A stretch of DNA of 64,000 nt from Octopus vulgaris (taxonomy: Eukaryota). The stretch is taken from NCBI GenBank assembly GCA_951406725.2, contig OX597828.1, positions 25,296,001 through 25,360,000 of the forward strand, read 5' to 3'. Of this stretch, positions 13,147 to 25,100 are shown piece by piece. Both the position numbers and the translations under genes were made by a program. Under the pieces are notes generated by a model, which saw nothing but the letters and a program-made list of their open reading frames with translations, made no database searches and had not been told where the DNA came from. The first letter of the stretch is position 1. Each line of letters starts with the position of its first letter.

Positions 13147-16100
13147 GTATGTGTGTTAGATAGACTCTATCTTCCACATACAGACACTCGCTCGTGTGAA
13201 AGCTTGATATATGAGTTTAAATGTGATGCCAAGTCAAAGTAATAATGAAAAATTGATAAAGTGTATGCTTCTTTCATTGCCGGTGCTGTTGCAGGATTCC
13301 TCTCTCTCAGCTGATAACCAAATTAGTGAAAATGACTTCAAATGGACTGAGGAAGAATTTCTGTCATCCACTTTAGGGACATCAGAAAACGATTGCAGTG
13401 ATTCTTCGTCACTCATCAAATTTCAGGCATTGATATCAACCCCTCAGGCCCAGACACAATCGTCAGCCGTGGTAACAGCATCATCAGCAGCAGCAGTATC
13501 ACAGTCTACACAGCCACCTCCTGCAGTGTCACTGCCCCCACCACCGCCACCACCACCGCCAGCCCTACCATCTTCATCCTTGTCGGTTCCGGCAACAGTT
13601 GCTGCTTTAGCAGCTGCTCCTGAAATAAGCCAGTCATCTGTTGTAACCACAACACCATCCATTAGTTCAGTTGCTGGCACACAGCAGGTCACTGCTCTTT
13701 TGTCGCCCCACTCAGCCAACTTTGGACAAGTGCAGCTTGTTCAACCAGGATGCAGCTCAGGACTTTCTCAAGATCAGAAATCCACTTATCAAAACTTTGC
13801 ATCTCTCGGAAACGTTGGTCAAGGGTAGGTTATTGTTGCTCTATTGAACCTCTTTACTCTTTCTTCTGTTTTTCACTCTCTGTTTTTCTTTTCTCTTACA
13901 TAGGAGAGATTTAGGCTCACCTCGCCCTTCCTCCAATAGTTTACTTTGAAAAGAACTTAGCTTTTGATATAAATCAGCTTGGTCTGGCTAAAAAAAAGAA
14001 AAAGAAAAACATCTTATGAAACATCTCTTTTAGAAATGGGATCAACATAGTATTACTTAATTACTCAGTCAGTTGAAAATGTGAATTTTTCTGAACATTT
14101 TATACCATAGAGAAATAGTCTTCAAAAACTTTTTCTTGTATTTAATTTTTTTCTTTTTTTGTTACTCCTTGAAAGGATATCCATAACTTCTATTTTTTAA
14201 ACTTTTCTTTTTGGTACTATTAATAATTCTTTTCTTTTGTATTTGAACATTGTATTTAAAGGTTTAAATGGTGTTTTTCCAGCCAATGCGTAAACAATTA
14301 TTTAACTTTTATGTTTAGGATAAGTGATGGTTTCTATATAATAAAAACCCTCATATTTAAAAGCGTCTTTCCCCAAAACAAACAAAATGTTTGATCAAAA
14401 TCTAATTTACATCAAAATGGTTTATATGAAAAATCTGATTCTTCATTAATCCGTTTTTTTTTTTTTTTTTATTTCTTTTCATTATTCTTATTTTACTGGT
14501 CTTTTAAAATCTATTTATTTTCTATTGATTTATCTATTAATTTCCTGTTGAAATTATTTTATGTGATTTATCAAAGATACAGACAGTATTTGGTAATTGA
14601 AGTATGTGCCATAATTCATCCCTTTAGCATTTAGATTATTCTGTCCAGTTTAATGCCTATTTATTTACATTATTTTTAAGTAATCATGCATTTTCTTGTA
14701 GCTTCGAAATTTCAATGATATGACTGTTTATTTTTACAATAGCATTGTAGGATAGGTGTGAAAAGTTGAATCTGGTGAGTTTGAACATAAAACAGGTAGA
14801 ATATTTGAGACTCTGTTTAAATACTAAAGAGTTAATTTAGATATGATTTTAAGCAATGTTCTTAATTATTACCATTATAGCTAATACACTATGTTTGTCA
14901 CTACTTCAATATCTGGAGTATTCAGAGCAAGTTTTGAGCTTGTACATATCTCCTTTCCACCATCTCCTTATCTTTTGATCTCTGCTTATACACAAACCGA
15001 GACACACAAAATCACTTTCACTATATGAGTGTTTCTAAACATATCTATACAGTTGATAACTTATGGTTGTCTTAGAGTGGAAACCCTTGGTAAATTACAT
15101 CCCTGAATCATTACATATAAGCTGTAGATAGAATATGTAAATACCATGTCTTGTCTCCAGAGGAGGAGCAATTGAATTTGAAACTAGCTTATATCCTGCT
15201 GTGATAAACTTTCATCTTTCTGCATGGATCAATAAAATAAAATACCAGTGAAATAAGGCTTGATATATTCCCTCCTATCAGATTTGTGACTTTGTACCTA
15301 TGTTAGAAGAAGAAAAAGAAGTTCAGTTTATTGGTAGAATGGACAATGTATCAGACTAAATGCCTTGTAGTACAACTCTTTACAATATGAGATCAAATCC
15401 TCCCAAGATCAATTTTACCTGTCATCCCTCTGGGGCTGGTAAAATAAAGTGCCAGTCAAGTACTGGTGTTGATTTTGTCAACTAACCCTAACATGACTCT
15501 GAATTTCAGGCATTGTGTCTATGTTATAAACAATTATAATTATTATTGGGTTATGGATTGGCAGAATAGTTCGTGTTAGACCAAATGTTTGCTATATTTA
15601 ATGACAGTGTTTTATGCTTGGAGTTCAAATTTTATTGACGATGACTTTGCCTCTCGTTCTCCACTCAGGACTGACATAATAAAGTATCAGCCAAGTTCTT
15701 GCATTGATTTAGTCAATTAACTTCCTCTCCTTAAATTTGTAGGTTTGGGTCTGTGTTAGAAATTATTATTATTATTATTGTTATTTTATTTCTCAGAGCT
15801 CTCGGTCTTAGTTTCTCTGGTTGAATCTGTGAGAGCAGACAGCAACCTGTTGTCAGAAGTCTCACAGGGTCTCTTTTCGCAAATTATATCTTTGGTATTT
15901 GGATGTGGACTTATCGTGGAAGACACTCAACACCCAAGCACCAATCTCAAAATCCTAGATGTCCCCATAGAGCAGTTTTTAGGGCCTGCTTTTCCCTCAT
16001 GCCAGTTACAATGTCTTTGACATATTTCTTGAACTTGGTTATTAATGCTACTGGGATAACAGCTACTCTCCTCATTGCCTACATTCTTGCAATTTTGTCT

Positions 16101-19058
16101 TTTAATAGTCTGTGTGTCTCCATCTTTTCTACCTCTTTTCATCTAGGCATGCATCCCTAGGTATGGCAATATCTATGATCTTAGTTTCCATTTTTTTATA
16201 TCCACCACAACAATATCTGGTCTCCAAGCATTGATTAGGGAGTCACATTGGATTTTATATTCATTGTTCTCAGTGATGCCCCCTGGTTCATGTTTGTACC
16301 ATTTCCATGCTGTGTCCAGACTGTACTTTTCACACAGTCCCCAGTGAATAAACTTAGCTCCTTTTGTAGTGCATTTGGGCTAGTTTGCTACACTCCCTCA
16401 CAATATGTGAGATTGTTTAACTTTTGCTGTCACACAACCATTTATGTGGGATACTATCAGATGCTTTCCTGTAGTCTATCCATACTATACTCAGGTTCTT
16501 GTTTTTGCTCCGGAAATTCTTTACAATCATTTTATTTACGAGTAATTGGTCTTTGCTCTCATAGAACTCTTTTAGAACCTTTTGGAGCTTGTGGAATGAT
16601 AGAGTTCTGATCAAGAAAAGTGTATATTCTTTCAGTTAGTATGGATGTGAGGATCTTCTTGGTGGTGTTGAGACTTGTTATTGGTTGGTAGTCCCTTGGG
16701 TTTATTGTGTCTTCAGTTTTTATTAGTAAGTATATAGTTCCTTCAGTCAGCCAGGTAGGTGTTTGCTCTGGGTTCTGAATGATATCAGTTAAAAGATGCA
16801 GCAAGATTTTGGTGTAGTTCTGTCAAACAATTCAGCCAGAAGTTTGGGATCTGGTCCAGTCCTGAGGTTTTCCATTTGTGAGATTTTTTAAGAACACATC
16901 TTAACTTGTGTATTCCTATTGCCTTCCATTTCTACTCCTCAACTTCATCCAGTCTCTCTTTCTCATGTTCTATCCAGTCAGCTTCAGCATTATACTCTTT
17001 TCCGTTGCTCCATATCTTCTTCCACAACTCTTCTGTTTCCTCAGACTTAGCTCCTTTTAATCGTACTTTTGCCAGTCTCCCTGTAAAATTTCTTTCCATC
17101 CATCTTGAATACTTTGTTTTGTTGATAAAATTTGATTCTGTTATCATACCTTCTAAACCATTGGACTTTCAACTGTATATGCTGTTTCAACAGTTTGTTG
17201 GTTGCAGAGAAATTTATAAAATCTTTGACTTTCTATTTTTGCTTGATTTTTGAAGCTTTTTTCATCTTCTAGTAAGTTCATTGAGAACTGATTCATCCAC
17301 CTGAAGATTAAATCTCTTTTTGTATTGCTACTTTCCACTTAAAAGGCTTATTAACATGCTTGATCCTTTTCTTTCATCCTAATACCTAGTTGAGCATTTA
17401 CTACTTTAGCAGTGGAATAGATGACATTATTTAAGGTAGTTGGATCATTTTCTTTATTTCTTAAGAGCTAAGTGCGATAATATATATCATGTTTTTTTTT
17501 TTGTGATTATTATTATTATTATTATTATCATTATTATTATTCTGTAGTCTTTTATCACATGCCTTCACTGCGCTACCGAGTGCACTTCTGTGTGCCTTGG
17601 GTATGTGCTGTGGTTTGCTGTGATGCTCTCATTTTCCCTGTATTGAAATTTTTTTTACATAGGATGTAAGTGCTGCCTAGTAGTGCTATTTTCTGTATGT
17701 TATATATACTTGTTAGTCCTGGTGTTTTTATTATGTTATTGTCTGAATATTTTTTTATCATACTTAATACCCCTATTTATGATACGACTTGTTTCTCTTT
17801 TTGGTCTCCATATTTGAGTTACTTCTATTTCCAGGACTTTGTATTTTGAAAGTTTCTCCATTTCTTTTAGAGAAATGTTGTAATCCATTGGTATTGATAC
17901 ATTGATTAGAAAGCATTTTTTTTTCCCTTGATGATCTCTGACATCTATATCCAGCCTATTGGCCTTAATTTCTCTATCTGTGTGTATTGGCATATCCCAT
18001 AGTATGGTTGCTTTCTCATTTTCTGTGACCTTTTCTGGCATATGCTTACACCATCTCTTTTCTGTTGTTATTCCATAGTGTTGGCATAGCTTCCAGTATA
18101 TGTAGGTTCCAACTCTGTCGTGTCTGTGAATATATTCCTTCTTAGCCAGGACTGGGCAGCTAGAGACAATATGGTTTATTGTTTCTTGTCCATCTCCACA
18201 TATTCTGCAGTTACTTGTTATGTTCTTCTCATATGTGTTTGGTAATTTCTGGTGAGGAGGCTTTGGTCTTGTGCTGTAATTAAAAATCCTTCAGTCTCTA
18301 CTTTGAGTCCTGAGCTTCTCAGCCATTGTTGGGATTTTGCATTTAGTTTAACCCAGTATTTGCCATGAAGTGGCTCTTCTTGCCATCATCTTATTATGAT
18401 CTTTTGCTGTTCCAGTTTTAGTTTGGATTTCAGTTGTTTTACAGCTTTTGTTGTTTCTTCTTTTTCTTCATAGTTGTTAGGTAGTATGACTTCTTTTTTG
18501 TATTTGTCAGTTTCCTTAAAGACTGAAAACAGTTTTTTGTTTTGTTCATGTTTTTTGGCTATTTGTATTAGTTTCCCTTACTTCTGAAATAGCTATTTTT
18601 GCAGGCCTATGGTGGTTATTTTGTAATAGTTTTCTAACTGTATAAGGCCTCTACCACCTTCTATACATTGTATATATAACCTTTCTATGTTAGATTTTGG
18701 GTGGTACATCCTAAATTATTATTATTATTATAATTAATATTATTATTTTTATTATTGGCAGTGAGTTGGCAGAATCGTTAGTGTGCTGAAAGCCACTGCC
18801 TGATACTGCATCAGAGCATCAGTGCTTCCGTGTCAGTGGCACTTAAAAAGCACCACTCAAACATGGTCGATGCCAGTGTCACCTGACCGACCCCGTACTG
18901 GTGGCATATAAAAAGCACCCACTATACTCAGTGGTTGGCATTAGGAAGGGCATCCAGCTGTAGAAACCTTGCCAGATCAGATTGGAGCCTGGTGCAGCCC
19001 CCTAGCTTGCCAGTCAAACTGTCCAACCCATGCCGGCATGGAAAATGAATGTTAAACG

Positions 19059-19114
<56 letters not shown>

Positions 19115-22100
19115 CCTCTTTCAATTTTGTTTCCATTTCTTTCTGAGTGTCTTCCCAACACATAGGGCAAAGAAACTCACTGTATGCATTTGTTATGCAC
19201 ACTAGATTGTTCATTTACAAAGTCATGTGATAGAAAAAAATTGCTGCAAAGAACTATCATTTATTGACTTATGCCTGATTTTTTTTCTCTCTTCTTTAAG
19301 CTTAAAACTGTCATATTTCATGCTATTTACAAGGTGGTGTCAAAAAGACTAGTTATGTTTAATAAAAAATAACTTATTGACCTAAGTTTTAACATCATCT
19401 CTTTCAAAATAGTCACTTTGCACAGCAATACACTGGTGCCTGCATTCCTGCCATTTTTGGAATCCAGCCTGGAAGATGGAGGACCTTCTGTTATTCACTC
19501 TGGATTTTTTCATCTTGGGGAAGAGATGGAAGTATGTAGGTGCTAAACCTGGCGAATAGGGCAGGTGTGGAAGTGGCACCATATTGTTTTTGACAAAAAA
19601 CTCACGAGTGAGGAGAGCTTGGTGACAGGGTACTCCACAGATCTGGTCACTTTGCTGAATGTCATCCCTCAAATACTTCAAAGCATCACAGTAGAACTCT
19701 TGATTGACGGTTTGGACCTGAGGGATGAATTCTTGATACACAATACTGTGAATATTGAAAAAAACAATGAGCCTGCCCTTGATTGAGCTGTGGCTCTGTC
19801 ATGCTTTTCTTTGGTCGTGGGGATGAAGGGCTCTTTCCTTATGATGATTGCTGCTTTGTCTCAGGCTCATACACAATGTTTCTGTAGCAGACTTCCCATT
19901 TTCCATGCAAAATTTCACATTGGCGCTTTGTTCCAACTTCCTGTCCTTGACAAAATTGCAGACTACAGCATGCACGTGATCACAAAAACACAAGTTTTAC
20001 AACTTGCGAAGTAAACCACAGCGATGTCACTCGGCACACTGCCTCATGAAGATCACTGCTAGCTGTCACTGTGCTCGCAATCGTGTGCTGCCATCTGTTT
20101 GTGCACTACAGAACTAGTCCAGGAACTTTTTCGATACCACCTTGTAGTTGGCTAAAAGCTTTTCTTGAAAGTTTGTTGAGTGTTAGTGATTTAGCAGTAA
20201 CAGCATGAAATCATTTTTTTTTCAAATGCTTAAGCAATTCTCTGGGAGCTGTTGATAGCTTTTGTTACCTAGATGACTTAATTAGCATTGGAGGAATGTA
20301 TTCTGAAAGTGCAGTGGCCAGACTAAGAATGGGGTAGAAAACTTGAGAGCCAATATCTCTGCTAGCAGCAAAAAGATTCTCTTTCTGAGTGAAGGACATA
20401 TTGTATGTTGCTTGTATACAAAGTGTGATGTTGCATGGTAGCAAAATAGGACAACTGTGGAGTTGTGTGCAAAGACTAGAAAGAGATGAAGTAAGCATGC
20501 TCTACTGGATGTAAAATGTTAGTGAACGTGATGAACAGAACACAAATGAGCTGAAAGTAAGCCATTTACACCAGACTCCTCTTAAAAGAGGAATTTGATG
20601 TAAATGATTCTCTATTGATTTTGATGATAAGCATCAGTTTTCGATGAACTAAAACAACCTCTTAATTCAATGCGCTTGTAAGTAACTAAGTATTTCACAG
20701 TTATTTGTCCCTTAACATAATTTTCAGGTAGAATCAGCAAAGCACAATGTGTAACAAGATTGTAATTTTGAATTACAGGTGCAATCCATCTGAAGAAATT
20801 CTGCATAGTTTCTATCTATCCAATTTCGTTCACAAGGCCTTGATCAACTCAAGGGCATAATAAAAGGAACCTGGGGCAGACTGAGCCATCAGTCAGTCAG
20901 GCACTGCCTGAGGGCCTGGAGCTCTGAGGGGCCTGCACTCTATATATTAACTCTACTGATATCAATGTTAAGAGGCCTAGTAAACAGTTATGCCCGAGGG
21001 CCCTTAATACTCTCAGTCCACCCCTGTAGCATGCAGTAGAACTGAACCCTGACTTGGTGATTATGAAGCCAACTTCTTCACAACTCAGCTATGTTATATC
21101 TATAATTAGATGTAGTGTAGTGGAGACTGAACTGGTGTGGAACTGTGATGTGTATAACATCTGGGTTAAGATGTATTAGGCAATATGAAGTGGAAGGAAC
21201 TTGTGGAAGAGGAAGAAGTAGTGAAAGTATATCTTAGGAAGATGGACCTCATGAAAGAAATGAAAATGTTACCCACCAAGTGGTGAGGTGCTGTATTAAA
21301 GAGGACCCATTCTCTTCATACTAGGATATGGTAAAAACAAATGATGATGATGATGCTGTAAAACATTTTTATTATCTTGGGATTCGAAAATTTATTTACT
21401 TTACATCCTTTCATAGGTGAATAGTCCTCTCACTTTACAAATATTCTACATTGGGGAACCAATTATTTTGTAGTAAGATGCTATTTCTAATGCATCGACT
21501 TGCTGCCAAAGTGAGAGTGGTATCTGTTTTCAGCTAACGTCTGATCAGTTTTCTGCCTAATTGAGAATGCAACTTAAATATGGCATTACAGATTGTTACT
21601 TTTTCCAGTCAGTCCAACATATTAATTACTCTTGTCATCACCTTTCTCTAAACCACTTAGGCTTTGGATTATTGGATAAGTATTGATAAAGATTTGACCA
21701 TGAAATCATAGCAATAAAACACAAAGTGGACAAATATAGAAGTGCTTAAGTGATTGGTCAGTGTTGATCTGTTGAGATCATCCTTACCATTTAATGTCCC
21801 TTTTTCCATGCATGCATAAATATGACAGTTCAACAGGAACCAATAAGTCAGAGGACTGTGCTGAGCTCCAGCGTCTGCTTTGGCATACTTTCTACAACTG
21901 GATACCTCTCCTAACGCCAACTACTTTACAGAACTTCTGGCTAATCACTGATTCAGTGTAGAACAGTTATCAGTGGGTGAACTTCATTTAGAAAGCAGTT
22001 TTTTTTCTCACTCATATTGACATCTTTCTGTCAACAAAATTTCATTCAAAAGGCATTTGTTATCCAAAGTTCAAGTAAAGTTTGAACTTGGAACCACTTG

Positions 22101-25100
22101 GTTGGGATGTGAGTTTTTTTTACCACCCAGATATATTTGCATAGGCATATAGCAGTTTATGTGTTTTTGGGAGGGGAATTTCAACCATGTTTCGTGGTCT
22201 GCTACCACAACAGCTCCTTTATAGGATCCAGTTAGCTCAAGACATCATCAGGAGGAACCATGTCGGGTTTCGGCTCCTACTCCTCTACCGTTTTGACGTG
22301 GCGGGAGCCCCCACTTTCCGAGGTGTCTTCAGCTCTGGTGTTGAGTGCATATCTTCTTTCTCCTTCTTTCTTCTGTTCCCTGGCCATATATATATATATA
22401 TATATATATATGCACGATGTAGCTCAACGAATGTCAGCAGGCGACTGACTGTCTTGTCAAATTTCCCTTTAAATGGGGAGGGGGGGATTTGACAAGACAG
22501 TCAGTTGCCCGCTGACACTCATTGACACTACATATAACACATAAAACATTAAGAGTTAAAACATTAATAACATAAAACCACAAACTCTGAAGAACTGAGT
22601 TTAGCCCTCATTGAAAACTTAGTCCATCAGTCAGTTTTACTCATAATGTAACCCTTTCAACTTTAGTAAATTGTTAAACCCATTAAGAAAAACATTAACA
22701 TTACAAAATTTTGTTTCTCCTCTATAAATCTGAGATCTTGTATTTACACACAAAAAAGGGCATTTATTTGGATTATTAAAGTTGTTTTTTCCTTTTTTTT
22801 TTTTTTAAATTTATATAAACTGAAGTTAATTGTATTTTCTTGCTTCTGGCTGCTTCCTGTGATTGTTATTCCTTAAATGAAATTATACCTTGCATTGGAC
22901 TTGTCTGGTTTTGTTGCCAGATTTCTCAAATTATTCTCCAGTATATTCAAATGATTCGGCTAGGTTTTGCTTGACTTTCAATGTTTTAGAAATGTGAGAA
23001 TTTTCAATGTCTGTTACTTTGCTGAATTTAAGAAAAACATAGCAGATTATCTTTATTTTTCATTTTATATTTGCACTATATTCTTTATTCTTGTTCATTC
23101 TAAGCTTTTGAAGAATGGGAAAACTCATGTTAGAGGGATTGATGACTTTTTTAAAAGATGAATTATTATATTTGTAGTTGTCTGATTATTGTGATATATT
23201 CAGGTTATAATTGTATGTACAAATGACTAATTACATAATTAGATAATTAGCAAATGTGACCGTGCCATTTATATTGACAAAGAAAACAGTTTGTTGTTTT
23301 AGCTAATTCATTAATTATTTCTGATTTTTTAAATCTTTTATTTTTGTCTTGAAAAGTTCATTTGTATAAGAGTATAATTGAGTTTTAAGGATTTAACATT
23401 ATGAGGTATATTTTGTAAATGCAATGATTCCTTATTGACATCTATGAGCTAATTGGTTTTATTACTTGATAATGTTGGTCATACTTTAATAACTAATTAA
23501 TTAGAGATTAGTAATGGAGAAGCAGTATTTCTTATTGTTACCTTTATACTACAACATTGTTGGCAGCGGCAATATTATTTCCTCGTCCTACAAACATGCC
23601 TCACTTGGTCATCATTCCAATAAAGCATTACTTGCTTTGACATAGGCTTTTCACTTCTCATTTTTTTTAGCAAAAACCTTAATTTTTGATATTTTCCAAC
23701 ATTATTTGAGAATATTGGTGTGTTTTGACTTAATTTGTAACACCACACAGACAAATCATTCATCATAATATTACAGTTTGACTTCTGTTTCATTTGGTTT
23801 TTCTCAATAATAGTACTCTCCTGAGTTATACGTCTTAGTCTTGAACTATATGCCAAAAAATTAAAATAGATAAATAAAATGAAACAAACAGTTAAATGAA
23901 TTGTCATCAGTTAATTATTTGATTGTGATTTATTGTTGTTTATATACTTTGGCATTTAGCTTCAGAATTCTATTAGAATTTACTGCTCTGTCTCTTAACT
24001 CCATGGAAGTTGTCATGTCTAAAATGATTGACTATTGGCTGTTGTTAAGCTTTATGTCAGTTCTGACTGCAGCTCATCTCATCTTTTTTATCCATCCAAT
24101 GCACCCTATAATTTTCCAAGTCAGTGAGATTTGGCTACTGTTTCTAGCAGGTCAAGCAACCAACCATATTAGTGGATCCTTCTTCAGCTCAGCTGTTGTA
24201 TATTTTATTGGTCTATAGGTTATCTGAGAGCTTGTTATGAAGGCAGCTGCTGTACTTATTACATTAGTCCTAATCTTAATTAACTTAGACTTCTTCTTGA
24301 CTGCATTTGAGAGGTTGGAGGCTTTCACTGTTTGATTCATTGATAATTATCAAGAATACAACTGAAAATAGTTAGAACCCAAGTATGGCAGCTGCAGATC
24401 AGTCTAAATGTACATTTCTGCTATGAGAAGAAGGTTTTACATTTGTAAATTATTCTTCTGTAAATGCAGTCAATTTCCATTGAAATTTAATTTTTTTGCA
24501 TGTATTTTTTCTAATGTGAATTTCAGTTTGTATAACCACTCCGTTATTATTTCTTTACTCAAAGAGAGAAAGAGAGAGAGAGAGAGAGAGTGTGTGTGTG
24601 TGTGTGAGATGAAAATGAATATTAAACCGAATTCTAACATTTGAAACTTTTACACAGTATTTATGAAGCCGAAATATATTTTCTTTATTTTAATTTTTTT
24701 TTTGTATGACTTTTTCTTTTGGCTTCTTGGAATTTTCTCAGTGTCTCCCTTCCAGCTTGCTCTGTGTCCATGATGTTTGGTGTCTCCCAGGCTCACCTAC
24801 CTCTTGTTGTTGTTGTCGTTGTTGTTGTTATTCTTATTATTGTTAAGGTGAGTATCTTGCTGCTGACTGCCTCCTCTCTAATGTCTGCAAAGCCTTCTCC
24901 CAGAGCATTTTAGCTACTTCTCATGGCATCTGTTATCAAAAAAGCCTTTCTTTCTCTCTCCAACAATAAATAAAATAAACCTGACTTTAGACCACTAAAA
25001 GTATCACTTCTGCCACTTCTTAGTCTCTTCCATTTGCTGCTACCGCTACTGCTATTCATTTTTTATTTCTGGTTGTCATTGGTTACCCAGCTGTCATCAC

